Origin: Torpedo marmorata
Lineage: Eukaryota
DNA length: 64,000 nucleotides
Reading direction: 5' to 3'
NCBI GenBank assembly: GCA_977017645.1
Contig: OZ360225.1
Location: forward strand, 170,004,001-170,068,000
Shown: positions 37,624 through 50,530 of the stretch, in pieces
Layout of the letters: every line of letters starts with the position of its first letter
Position numbering within the stretch: the stretch's first letter is position 1
Notes under the pieces: generated by a model
Told to the model about the DNA's origin: nothing
The model's input: only the letters and a program-made list of their open reading frames with translations
Database searches by the model: none
Program-made: the position numbers and the translations under genes

Positions 37624-38546
37624 TGTAGCCGACTGCTACGAAGAAACACACACACGCAGTGTGGAAGGTTTAAGCTCTCTGCTTTAATGAGGCTGGAAAT
37701 GCTTCTTTCATACAGTTGGAGTTCCCGCCGTTTGGTTGATTGGTTGACATCAGCCACATGAATAACAATAGCGGGCGGGAACGTTCTTGCATATGAATAC
37801 CCTTCTTCCCCAGCCTGGTATTGATCTGTTAGCTGGGCAGCTTGGCAAGTGCCATTTTAGGGCTGCTTGTCTTGAACTGCTCCAGCTTTCAACCGTGCTG
37901 GTTCGCTATGCTATGGGTCGCGTTACAGTGAGTTATGCCGCTGTTTACTACCGCGCGCGCCGCGCGATGTGCCGGCTCGATCTCCGCGGTGGCGGGCCGC
38001 CACATGACCCCCCCCAAAAACCGGTGCTACAGTTCATAGTGTTCATGGATGCAGTCCCCAATGTCTTTGGTGGTCTGCCTCTGCGCCGAGGTGCTGGCGT
38101 CTCCACGGGTTGTGTCAGGTCCGTGTGTGCCGGCTTGAGCCTGTCTGCGGTGAAGACCTCTGGTTTGCCACCGATGTCCAGTTCGAAGGTGGCCCCGTTG
38201 TTCCGGACGACTCAGAAAGGGTCCTTCGTAGGGCTTCTGTAGCGGTGGACGGTGTGGCCCTCTGCGTACGATCACATACAGTCTTGGAGTTCTTTAGGGA
38301 TGTTGAACTTGGCTTGCCCGTGTCTGGAGGGTGGGATCGGAGCCAGGTTACCGACCTTTTCCCGTAGCCTGTCCAGGAAGGTGGTTGTATCCTCCTGTTG
38401 ACCTCTGGGCGGTGGGACGAAATCCCCAGGGACCATGAGTGGAGCTCCGTAGACGAGCTCGGTGGAGGATGTGTGGAGGTCTTCCTTCGGGGCTGTACGA
38501 ATCCCCAGCAGTGCCCATGGCAGTTCGTCAACCCAGTTGGGGCCCT
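37624..38546 (-). mobile_element. Gypsy (CsRN1-like) 3' LTR (37624-38004), PPT and integrase C-terminus
   Basis: TGT...ACA termini; ggggggggtca PPT; GPNWVDELPWALLGIRTAPKEDL on the minus strand. Confidence 0.8.
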
Positions 38547-41500
38547 GGGAATCAGATTTGAATGGAACAATTGATGAAGATCATCGGAAAGAATTATGTC
38601 AATTAAGCATGACGAAAATTATTAATGTTAGATATAGATTAGTTCAATATAATTTTTTTCACCAACTATATTTAACGCCTAAAAAAATTAAAGAATTAAA
38701 AAAAAAAAATATTTTATTAAAAATTTTTAAATCACAAAATACATAAAATAAAATATAAAATTATCAAATTATTTGTGATACATTTTCACCCCCCTCCCTC
38801 TCTCCCCTCCCCAACCCTCCCAACCCCACTAATCTAATAAAAAATAAAAATATAAAGTAAAAATAGAAAAAGAAGAAGAAAAAGAAAGAAAAAGATAGAG
38901 TAAGGAGAATGCCAATCTATAAACTAATTCTATTATGGAGGTCAAGTATGCCAGTAGATCCGATATCCAGAGATCTTCAAATCCTTAAACCAACAGCTTT
39001 CATATATGGGCTCCAAATTTTTAAGAAGAAATGATATTTATTACGTAAATTATAAGTAATTTTTTCAAGTGGCATACACGAACGAAGTTCTGCATGCCAT
39101 CTTTCTAATCCTAAATCTAAATCAGATTTCCAAGTAATAGCAATGCATTTCTTTTAAACAGCTAAAGCAATTCGCAAAAATTCTATTTGATACATATTTA
39201 ATTTCATCTTAATACTAAATTTTCTAATATCTCCAAACAAAAATATCATAGGATCCATTGGAAATGTAATCTTAAATACTTTATCTAAAAATTTTTTAAC
39301 TTTCAACCAAAAATCATAAACTTTTGGACAAAACCATGTAGAATGTACAAAAGACCCTTCCTCTTTATTACATCTAAAACATAAACCTGATAGTGTCGGA
39401 TTAAATTTCTTTAGTTTTTTAGGTGTTAAATATAATTGATGAAAAAAATTATATTGTACTAATCTATATCTAACATTAATAATCTTCGTCATACTTAATT
39501 TACATAATTCTTTCCAATGATTTTCATCTATTCTTACATTCAAATCTAATTCCCATTTTAATCTTGATTTATGCAATCCTACTTTAGGCATTTTCCTCTG
39601 AAACAATTTATACATTTGAGAAATAAATTTATTAACATCTCCATTAGTAACTAATAATTCTAATTCATTCTGTCTTGGTAAAATCAAAGCATAACCTAAT
39701 TTCTCAATCAAAAAAGATCTAATTTGATAATAAGCAAAAAGTGTATTATCTAATATATTAAATTTATCTTTCATTCTTTGAAAAGTAATAAATTTCCCAG
39801 CTTCAAAACAATCATTGATCTTCTTAATTCCTTTTTGAAACCAAATTTTAAATAATTGATTATTAATAGTAAATGGAATAAGTCCATTTTGATATAAAGG
39901 GATCCTTAAAGAAATCAATCCTTTTCCTCCTATTTCCTTATCCGTCTTATTCCATATTTCTAACAAATGTTTAAAAATAGGTGAATTTTTCTTTCTTATT
40001 GATATTAATTTAGAATCCCATTTATAAATAATGTCTTCTTTGGAATCTTCTCCTATATTATTTAATTCTATTTTAATCCAAGCAGAAGATTTAGTTGAAT
40101 CAAAAAATTCATTAACAAATTTTAGTTGAGCTGCTTTATAATAATTTTGGAAATTAGGAAGTTGTAAACCACCCATTTCATAATTCCAAGTTAATTTTTC
40201 CATACCTACTCTTGCTAACTTTCCTTTCCATAAAATTTTTCTAATAATTGAATTTAAATCTTTAAAAACGTTTTGAGGAATTCCATAAGGAATTGATTGA
40301 AAAAAATATTGAATTCTTGGAAAAACATTCATTTTAATACAGTTTACTCTTCCCATTAAAGTTATAGGTAAATCTTTCCAATTTTCTAAAATTTTCTTTA
40401 TTCTAACAAATAATGGTAGATAACTTAATTTGTATAAATTAGCCAATTTTGTGTCAACCCTTATTCCCAAATATTTAATTCCTTCCTTTTCCCATTTAAA
40501 TTGTGTAATTTCTTTACATCTACTATAATCCCCTTGTGATAATGCCATAATTTCACTTTTATCAGAATTAATTTTATATCCAGATATTTCCCCATATTCT
40601 CTCAATAACACAGACAATTGTACTAAGGATGTAATAGATTTTGTCATATATATCAATACATCATCTGCAAACAAACTAATTTTATGTTCTTCCATTCCAA
40701 CTTTATACCAACTATTTTAGGATCTTTTCTAACTAATTCTGCCAAAGGTTCTATCGCCAAAATAAATAATGCTGGTGACAAAGGACATCCTTGTCTAGTA
40801 GAGCGAGTCAAAGGAAATTTTGAAGAAATTTGTCCATTTGTAACTACTTTAGCAGATGGTTCTTTATATATAGTTTTAATCCAATTAATAAATGTATTTC
40901 CAAAACCAAATTTCTCCAATACCTTAAATAAAAAATTCCACTCTAATCTATCAAAAGCCTTTTCAGCGTCTAAAGTTAAAACTAATGGTAAATCTTCCTT
41001 CTTTTTATGTAAATTAATTAAACTAATCAATCTAGCTATATTATCTTTTGAATATCTATTTTTAATAAAACCAGCTTGATCTACATGGATTAAATCTGGT
41101 AAATAATTAGCCATTCTATTTGCTAAAATTTTTAAATTAAATAAATTTAACACGACATTATCAGGCTTATGTTTTAGATGTAATAGAGAGGAAGGTTCTT
41201 TTGAACATTCTACATGGTTTTGTCCAAAGGTTTATGATTTTTGGTTGAAAGTTAAAAAGGTTTTAGATAAAGTATTAAAAATTACATTCCCAATGGACCC
41301 TATCATATTTTTATTTGGAGATATTAAAAGAGTTAGTATTAAGATGAAATTAAATTTGCATCAAATAGAATTTTTGTGAAATGCTTTAGCTGTTTCTGAG
41401 AAGTGTATTGCTATTACTTGGAAATCTGATGTAGATTTAGGGTTAGAAAGATGGCATGCAGAACTTCGTTCATGTATACCACTTGAAAAAATTACTTATA

Positions 41501-41843
41501 ATTTACGTAATAAGTATCATTTCTTTTTGAAAATATGGAGACCTTATATGAAGGTTGTTGGTTTAAGGATTTGAAGATCTCTGGACATTGGATCTGACCA
41601 GCAAACCTATCCTCCATAATAAAATTAGTTATTGATGTATTTTTTTAGATTGACATTCACCTAATACAATCTTTTTCTTTCTTTCTTTCTTTTTATCTTT
41701 ATTAGATGAGAAGGGGTCGGTGGGTTAGGGAGGGGAGGGAGGCAGGGGGGGTGAAAATTTATCACATGTAGTTTGATAATTTTATATTTTATCTTATGTA
41801 TTTTGTGATTTAAAATTTTAAATAAAATATATTTTTTTAAAAA
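38547..41843 (+). mobile_element. 5'-truncated L1 with 14-bp TSD (ccagttggggccct), itself interrupted by an antisense L1
   Basis: TSD at 38533-38546 and 41844-41857; plus-strand pieces 38547-38697 and ~41133-41843. Confidence 0.85.
38698..41132 (-). mobile_element. L1 ORF2 (RT to 3' end), antisense insertion
   Basis: DAEKAFD, QGCPLSP, FADD, CFRC..H..C; G-rich 3' UTR. Confidence 0.9.
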
Positions 41844-42300
41844 CCAGTTGGGGCCCTTGAGTCTGGTCATAAGGGCGGCCTTGAGGTGCCTGTGGAAGCG
41901 CTTAACCAGCCCGTAAGAATGCGGGTGGTATGCTGTTGTGTGGTGTAGCTGAGCGCCCCACAGGTTGGCAACGTCGGTCCACAGGCTGGAGGTAAATTGT
42001 GCACCTCTGTCGGAGGTTATGTGGCGTGGTAGCCCGAACCTTGCTACCCAGGATGAGATGAGTGCCTTGGCGCAGGACCTGGTGGATGTGTCAGCCAGGG
42101 GGATTGCTTCTGGCCACCGGGTGAAACGGTCGACCACTGTGAACAGGTAGCGGAAACCGTGTGAGACTGGTAAGGGTCCCACTATGTCCATGTGAATGTG
42201 GTTAAACCTTTGCTCGAAAGGCTGCGGGGTCCTTGGTGTGCCGCTGTACCTTTGCTGTTTGGCACTGTGTGCATGTCTTGGCCAACCCGCTGACTTGTTT
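41844..42300 (-). mobile_element. Gypsy (CsRN1-like) integrase core, N-terminal partner of 37624-38546
   Basis: HMDIVGPLP, DRFTRWPEA, TSDRGAQF, TTAYHP; ends LKGPNW. Confidence 0.85.
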
Positions 42301-42304
42301 CCAT

Positions 42305-44152
42305 CCATACTATCTTGACATAAATCCGACCATCTTTTTTCATCAATTGTAACATTAAGATCTTGCTCCCATCTTTGTCTAGATTTATGAAGTCCTCGTT
42401 TTGAGGCTCCCCTTTGTAGCAAAGAATACATTATAGAAGTGAATTTTTTAATATTTCCTTTCCTAATAAGGGTTTCTACCTCACTACAATCTTGTAACAA
42501 CATATCTGGACCTAGTTTTTCTCTTAAATAACCTCTTAATTGAAAATAACAAAAGAGAGTGTTATTGGGTATTCCATATTTATTCCGTAATTGTACAAAC
42601 GACATCAGCTGGTTCCCTTCATAACAATCTTCTATCTTCTTTATTCCTTTCTGTGACCATATATTTAAAAATTGATTATCTTTTGTAAATGGTATAAGAT
42701 TATTCTGTATCAAAGACATTTTGGGTGATATGTTTCCTTTCATCCCTATCTCATCATTAATCTTGTTCCAAGCATTAATCAAATGTTTTAACAACGGTGT
42801 TTCTTTAGCACCTTTCAATCATTTTGAGTTCCATTTGTATATAAATTCTTCTGGTACCTTTTCTCCTATTTCTCCTAGCTCTATTCCAACCCATGCAGGT
42901 CTTCCTTCACTTTCAAAAAAAGAAGTAACAAATCTCATTTGTGCCGCTCGATAATAATTCTTAAAATTAGGGAGTTGTAGACCTCCCAGTTCATATTTCC
43001 ATGTTAGACGTTCCATAGAAACTCTTGACATTTTACCTTTCCAAAGAAATTTTCACACTTGTTTATTTAAATTCTGAAAAAAAGCCTGTGGTAATAAAAT
43101 AGGTATAGTTTGATACAAGTACTGTATCCTTGGAAATATATTCATTTTAATACAGTTAACTCTTCCAATCAGTGTGATGGGTAAATTAATCCATTTCTCC
43201 AACTCTTCTTTAATTTTTTAAGCAATGGTATATAATTCAATTTATATAAATTTTTTAATTTATTATCTGTTCGAACCCCAAGATTCCCTTATGTGGCCAT
43301 TTAAACTGGGTACTTCTTTTACATAAAGTATAATCTCCCTCTGTAAGGGGCATAATTTCACTTTTATCCCAGTTTATCTTATAACCAGAGACTTTCCCAT
43401 ATTCCTCCAATTTAAAATGTAATCTTTGCAAAGAAGTCTCAGGCTCCGTCAAGTATATTAAGACATCATCCGCAAATAAACTAATTTTATGTTGCTCTTG
43501 ACCAACTGTAAATCCCTTAATTGCCAAATCACTTCTAATTGCCTCTGCTAACGGTTCTATAGCTAATATAAATAAAGCTGGTGACAACGGGCATCCCTGT
43601 CGGCTAGACCTTGTCAGGCAAAACGAAGTTGATATTTGTCCATTTGTCACTACTTTAGCTTTTGGAGCATTATATAATGCTTTAATCCAATCTATATAAG
43701 TCTTCCCAAATCCAAATTTCTCCAATACTTTAAACAAAAAGTCCCACTCCAATCTATCAAAAGCTTTCTCTGCATCTAGTGCCACTGCTACACTTAGTAC
43801 TTTCCTTTTTTGAGCTAAATGAATAATACTAAGTAACCTTGCTACATTGTCAGCTGCTTGTCTCTTTTTTACAAAGCCTGTTTGATCCATGTTTACTAAT
43901 TTTGGCAAAAATTTTGTTATCCTATTTGCCAAGATTTTCGCCACAATCTTATAATCTGCATTCAGTAATGAAATTGGCCTATATGATGAAGGTTTCAAAG
44001 GGTCTCTATCTTTTTTTGGTATTACTGTAATTATTGCAGTAGAAAAAGATTCTGGAAGTGTATGCGTCACAGACGCTTGTTGTAACATATCCATGAAAAT
44101 AGGAATTAATAATTCCTTAAATTCTTTATAAAACTCTGGTGGAAAACCAATC
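42305..44152 (-). mobile_element. L1 ORF2 fragment of a second, distinct L1 family
   Basis: YRPISLLN, DAEKAFD, QGCPLSP, FADD; sequence diverges from the 52807 family. Confidence 0.85.
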
Positions 44153-44460
44153 CACGTAGGTCTTGATGAAGTCGGTGACACCTGTTGCATATTCATTCAG
44201 GTCTATGGATGAGTTCTTGAATATGTTCCAGTCCTGCAGACGCTCCTCCGCCTCCCTCGACCATACTTTAGTCGTCCTCACCACTGGTGCTTTGTTTGTA
44301 TACATTCCTCTCTTTTGTAGACATATCTTTCTTCTTGAGTACAGTTTACAGTTAACGATCAGTAGAAATTCTGCCTGGCCCACAGGAAAAAGAATCTCAT
44401 GGTTGTGTGTGATGTCGTGCATGTATTCTGACAATAAATTTTGAACTTTTAACTTTGAAC
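44153..44460. mobile_element. Rex1 fragments (minus-strand ORF piece and plus-strand 3' UTR)
   Basis: WSREAEERLQD...VTDFI; tail gacaataaattttgaactttt. Confidence 0.7.
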
Positions 44461-45059
44461 AATGTACATAGGCACTGAAATTATTACTTGCTGTAGCCAA
44501 ATAAATACTTCAGCAACAAAAAGAACTACAATAGTATTTGTTAAATTAAAAATAGATTTAAAAAATAGACATGGTCATTCCTGTTGATTTAGTGACTTTA
44601 AAGCGTGAATATCTTTCAATGTACACCACAACACTGTCACATTTGATCTGAGATATTGTATTGAATTTGCTAAGCAAGACTGCTGCAAATGTGTGTGACT
44701 GCTGTTCAGAGTCATAGTGCAAAAAACCATAAAACGTCAGAGCAGATTAGGCCATTCAGCCCATCGAGACTGCTCTGCCAATCAAATCATAGCTGATGTA
44801 TTTTTCCTCTCAACCCCATTCACCACTTTCTCCCCATAACCTTTGACATACTTACTAATCAAGAACCTATCGACCTCCATTTTAAATCTACCCAATGACT
44901 TAACGTCCACAGACATCTGTGGCAACAAATTCCACAGATTCACCACCCTCTGGCTGAAGAAATTTATCTTCATCTCTGTTCTAAAGGGTTATTCTTTCAT
45001 TTTGAGGTTGTGCCCTCTGGTCCTTGACATGAGAAATATCTACTCCACTCTATCTAGCC

Positions 45060-45198
45060 CAGTGGTTCTCAACCTTTTTTTTTCACTCACATACCACCTT
45101 AAGTAATCCCTTAGAACCACTGCCATAGGTGCTTTGTGGTTAGTAAGGGATTACTTAAGGTGGTATGTGAGTGGAAAAAGAAAGGTTGAGGAGCACTG
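45060..45198. mobile_element. hAT (Charlie-like) MITE with 8-bp TSD atctagcc
   Basis: TIR cagtggttctcaacct; exact TSD at 45052-45059 and 45199-45206. Confidence 0.9.
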
Positions 45199-45599
45199 AT
45201 CTAGCCCTTTCAATATTTGGTAGATTTGAATGAGATTCCCCGATCCTTCTAATCTCCAGAGCTATCAAACGCTCCTCATACCATAACCCTGTCATCCCCA
45301 GGATTATTCTAGTAAAGCTCTTCTCTCTGGACCCTCATGAACGCCAGCACATCCTTCCTTAGATATGTGGCTCAAAATTGCTCATAATGCCTCAAATGTG
45401 GTCTGACAAATGCCTTATAAAGTGTGAGGATTACATCTTTGCTTTTATATTCTAGTCCTCACAAAATGAATTGCATTTGCCTTCCTTACTACTGATTCAA
45501 TCTGCAAGTTAACCTTTAGGGAACCCTGCACAAGGACTCCCAAGTCCGCTTGGACCTCCACTTTATGAATTTTCTACTCATTTAGAAAATAATCTATGC

Positions 45600-45699
45600 C
45601 AGTGGTTCTCAAACTTTTTTCACACTCACATACTATCTATTAACCAATGGCATACTTAAGGTGGTATGTGAGTGGAAAGAAAAAGGTTGAGAACCACTG
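45600..45699. mobile_element. hAT MITE, shorter copy of the same family
   Basis: TIRs cagtggttctcaa / ttgagaaccactg. Confidence 0.85.
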
Positions 45700-46477
45700 A
45701 CCTATGGCATCGTCTATGCCTTTATTCCTTCAACTGAAATGCATGACCATACACTTCCCTGCTCTGAATTGCATCTACCACTTCTTTGTCCATTCTCCCA
45801 AACTGTCCAAGTCCTCTGCGGACTCACTGCTTCCTTAACACTACCCACCCCTTCACCTATCTTTGTATCATGCACAAACTTGGGTAAAAAGCCATCAATT
45901 CTGTCATCCAAATCGTTAACATAACATGGAAAATTAGCGGACCCAACACCGACCCCTCCATAACATCATGAGTCATCAGCAGCCAGGCAGAAAAAGCCTC
46001 CTTTATTCCCACTCTTTATCTCCTGCCAGTCAGCCAATCTATCCATGCTAATACCTTTCCTGTGTAAACCATGGGCTCCTATCTTGTTTAGCAACTTCAT
46101 GTGCAGACCTTTTCAAAGGCCTTCTGAAAATCCAAGTAAACAACATCCACTGAGTCTCCTTTGTCTATCTTGCTTGTTACTTCCTCAAAGTATTTCCTCT
46201 TTCATTTGCTGGAGTGTATTCCACCTGGTCCAGGTAACTTATCCACCTTCAGCCCCTTCAGGCTCCAAAACACCTTCTCCTTATTAATAGTGAGTACACC
46301 CACTTCTGGCCCCTGACTCTCTCAAATTTCTGACGTTGCTGCTGTCTTCCACAGTGAAGACTGAAGCAAAATGCCTATTCAGTTCATCCCCATTTCTTTG
46401 TTCCCCATTACCACTTCTCCAGCGTAATTTTACAACGGTCCGATGTACACTCTTGCCTCTCTTTTACTCTTCACATA

Positions 46478-46702
46478 AAGTAAAACCCCTGGTATAAAGT
46501 AAAACCCTATGGGGATTGGTAAATGCCGAATAAGTAAATTTTCCAGTTGCTTGAGATTGCGTGTTGCGTGGATTGGCGAACTAATGACAAGGCGCGACAA
46601 TTTTAAACTTCCGTAGTTTTTGCCTATTTATTTTCCGTGATAATTTTTTAGGCTGCTTGAGGTTGCCGGTTGCTTGAATTCTGGATAACAGGGGTTTTAC
46701 TG
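46478..46702. mobile_element. Tc1/mariner (pogo/Tigger-like) MITE
   Basis: TIR (c)agtaaaacccctg; TA on both sides. Confidence 0.7.
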
Positions 46703-47234
46703 TATCTGAACAAAAATCTTTTGGCATCTTTTCTATTTCTGGCTAGCTTATTTTCATATTTCACCTTTTTCCCCCTTTTTGCTTTTTTAGTTATCTTCTG
46801 TTGGTTTTTAAAAACTTTCAAATTCTCTAGCTTCACACTATTTTTTGAAATATTGTATTTTGTTTTTATGCCATCTTTGACTTCGCTTGTCAGCCACAGT
46901 TGCCTCACCCTCCCTTCAGAATGGTTCTCCTTTGGGATGAAATGATGCTGTGTGTTCTGAATTACTCCCAGAAACTCCTGCCATTGTTGCTCTACCAGTA
47001 TCTGTGCTAGGATCCCCTTCCAATCAACTCTGAAGCTCAAAACACTGACCATAATGCCCCTTATTTGGATATCTTTAACATGCTCAATGATTTTGGGTGT
47101 GGGGTAAATGCAGTCTGATTGGTTACTACACCCTATTTCTCCCCGTACACTTTTTGTGTGGTCAAAGAGTAAAAAATAAAAATAATGCATGCTAACATAA
47201 AAAATGCATTTGCTTTAGGGTAATTTGCTGCTTA

Positions 47235-47650
47235 CCAGAGCTCCCGACGCCTCGGCTGCCGACTAGAAACCCTGGCCCCGGCCGCCTACCCACCGGAGTT
47301 CCCGACGCGTTGGCCACCGACTGGAACCCTGGCCCCCTACTCACTGGAGCTCCTGACGCCTCGGCAGCTGATTCCAGCCCTGGCCTCGGCCGCCTGCTTA
47401 CTGGAGCTCCCGACGCCTCGGCCGCTGACTGGAACCCTGGCCCCGGTCGCCTACGCACCAGAGCTCCTGACGCATTGGCCGCCAATTCCAGCCCTGGCCC
47501 CGGCCGCCCACTTACCGGAGCTCCCGACGCCTTGGCCGTCGACTCCAGCATGGATCCCAACCACCTACCTCCAGGAGATTCCGATGCTTCGGCCGCCGAC
47601 TCTCACCTGAGCCCCGGCCGCCCTTGGGCCGGAGTTTCCCACGCTGACTT
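47235..47650 (+). repeat. ~57-60-bp GC-rich tandem repeat in the Penelope 5' region
   Basis: ggagctcccgacgcctcggccgccgac...ccctggccccggccgcc, ~6-7 units. Confidence 0.85.
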
Positions 47651-50489
47651 CAACCACGTAGCTCCCGACATAGATGCCTACCGTGGTCCCAACATCGCTG
47701 CTGGATCCCACTGGCTCATCCCCCCCACCACCCCTCACCCTTCCATATCCCCTACACTTCTCCCTACTCTTCCCCCATCTCCCCCTCTCAGCTCCCCTCA
47801 TCTTCCCAACCCCTAACCCTCAGACCCTCTCATCTCCCTCCTTCTCTCTAGTTACCCCTACACTCCTCCTCCTCCCTCTGACCTCCCCATCCCCACTTCC
47901 CCCCTGTGACCCCCACCCTCCACCACCCCCCCTCTAACTTCTCCCACCCCCCACCTCCACCCTCGGACCTCCACAACACTCTCCCTCCACCCTCCGACCT
48001 CCCCAACCCTCCACCTCCCCCCTCTGACCTCCCCAACCCTCCACCTCCTCCCAACACCCTCCACCACACCGAATCCCACTCTGACCCCTGCTTGGTCTTT
48101 ACCATCCCCTCTGACCTTCCCCTCCCTGAGACGGAGTGCTCAGTCCTCAGTAGAGGCCTTACCTTCGTCCCCCTCCGCCCACACCTTAATGAGTTCCGCG
48201 CATGCCACGATGCCGAACTCTTCTTCTGTCGCCTCCGTCTCCAGGCTTACTTTCACGACCATGACTCTCCACCCTCCACTCAAGACCCCTTCTCCTGCTT
48301 TAAGCCTTCTTCCTCCTCTTGGACACCTCGTCGTGGTCAGCTGCCTGCTCTGGAACTTTTTATTTCCAATTGCCGCCAAGACATCAACCATCTTAACTTC
48401 ACCACTCCCCCCTCTTATTCTAATCTTACTTCCTCTGAACACTCTGCCCTCCACTCTCTCCACAACAATCCCAATCTCAGCATCAAACCCGCAGACAAGG
48501 GTGGTACTGTTGTGGTCTGGCGCACTGACCTCTATCTTGCTGAGGCCAGGCGACAGCTCTCAGACATCTCCTCCTACTTGCCCCTTGCACAGGACCCACC
48601 ACACCTCATCAAGCCACCGTCTCCAACACCATCTCCAACCCCATCACCTCTGGTCACCTCCCTCCCACAGCCTCCAACTTCATTGTCTCCCATCCCTGCA
48701 CTGCCCGTTTCTACCTTTTACCCAAGATACATAAACCCAACCATCTGGGTAGACCCATTGTTTCTGCTTGCTCTTGCCCCATTGAACTAGTTTTGTCTTG
48801 ACTTATCTTTGACTTACCTTGACTTGTCTTATCTTTTTCAACCTGATCCAAATCCTCCCACCTATATCCGCGATACCTCATATGCCCTTCATTTCTTCAA
48901 TGACTTCAGGTTCCCTGAAGTGGACTGCCTCATCTTCACGATGAATGTCCAATCCCTTTAGACCACCATCTCCCATACAGAAGATCTTAAAGCACTTCAC
49001 TTCTTTCTGGACCAGACACCCTACCAGTCACCCTCTACCTCCATACTCCTCCGACTGGCAGAACTTGTCCTCACTCTAAACAACTTCTCCTTTAACTCAT
49101 CTCACTTCCTCCAAATCAAAGGAGCAACCATGGGTACCCGCATGGGTCCCAGCTACGCCTGCCTGTTTGTGGGTTTTGTGGAGCAATCCATGCTGCAAGC
49201 CTACACAGGCAAGGCCCCTCAACTCTTCCTCCATTATATTGATGACTACATCGGGGCTACCTCATGCACCCGCGACGAGCTCGTCAACTTCATTTGCTTT
49301 GCAGCTAACTTCCGCCCCAATTTCAAACTCACCTGGTCCATCTCCGATAACACTCTACCCTTTCTGGATCTCTCTGTCTCCATCTCAGGAGACAAGCTTT
49401 CCACTGACATATATTACAAACCCTCCAACTCCCACAACTATCTGGACTACACTTCCTCACACCCTGTCCCCTGCAAGGATTCTATTCCTTTCTCGCAATT
49501 TCTCCGTCTTCTCCGCATCTGTTCCCAAGATGAAGTCTTCCTGTCCAGGTCTTCTGAAATGTCTGCCTTCTTCCACAAACGTGGCTTCCCCTCCACCACC
49601 ATCAACTCAGACCTCACCTGCATCTCCTCCATTTCCCGCTCATCTGGCCTGGCCCCCTCTGCCCCCAGACGCAACAAACACAGGATTCCCCTTATCCTCA
49701 CCTACCACCCCACCAGCCTCTGCATCCAACATATTATCCTCTGGAATTTCCGGCACTTACAACAGGATCCCACTACCAGCCACATCTTCCCCTCTCCTCC
49801 CCTCTCTGCCTTCTGTAGGGACCGCTCCCTCCATGACTCCCTCGTGCACTCATCCCTCTGTACCAATTGCCCTCCGGCACTTTCCCCTGTAGGAGGTGCC
49901 ACACTTGTGCCCACACCTCCTCCCTCAGCACAATCCAGGGCCCCAAACAGGTCTTTCAAGTGAAGCAACACTTCACTTGTGTAGCCGCAGGATTGATTTA
50001 CTGCATCCGGTGCTCCCTTTGTGGCCTTCTCTACATCGGAGAGACTGGGCGCAGACTGGGAGATCACTTCACTGAGCACCTTCGCTCTGTCCGCACCAGT
50101 GACAGAGACCTCCCAGTGGCCAACCATTTCAGTTCTGTGTCCCACTCCCATACTCACATGTCTGTCCATGGCCTTATGTACTGTCCCACCAAGACCACCC
50201 ATAAATTGGAGGAACAACACCTGATTTTCCGTCTGGGCACTTTCCAGCCAGATGGCATTAACATCGACTTTTCTAGTTTCTGCTAACCTGCTCTCCTTTC
50301 CCCCTCCCTTCCCTTCTGCCTGTTTTCTTTCTCTCAGCTCTCCACCCCCTTCCCTCTCTATTCACCTAGCCATTCCTCCCTCCCCTTGCTTGCTGCTGTG
50401 CCCTCCCCCCTTCTCCACCTATTACCTCCTGCCTTTGCGACCACGGCTCCCCCCTTACCTTTTTATTCGGACTCCTACCGATATTTTTC

Positions 50490-50530
50490 CATACCTTGAT
50501 GAAGGGCTCAAGCCCGAAACGTCGGTTATG
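50490..50530 (+). ncRNA. Minimal type I hammerhead ribozyme motif (U3 variant)
   Basis: Stem I catacc/ggttatg; core UUGAUGA; stem II gggc-tcaa-gccc; GAAAC-GUC with palindromic ACGU stem III. Confidence 0.75.

Larger units (their letters stand above)
44725..47040 (-). mobile_element. CR1-type LINE, decayed, with three MITE insertions
   Basis: FFSQRVVNLWN, KF.HDTKI, DFQKAF; typical CR1 3' UTR. Confidence 0.85.

Noticed and set aside
41661-42818. 385-aa ORF as a novel L1-integrase fusion gene
   Set aside because: It is a chance in-frame join of fragments; the integrase is truncated, its catalytic Glu is replaced (LVKRFH), and it reads into an antisense L1 UTR.
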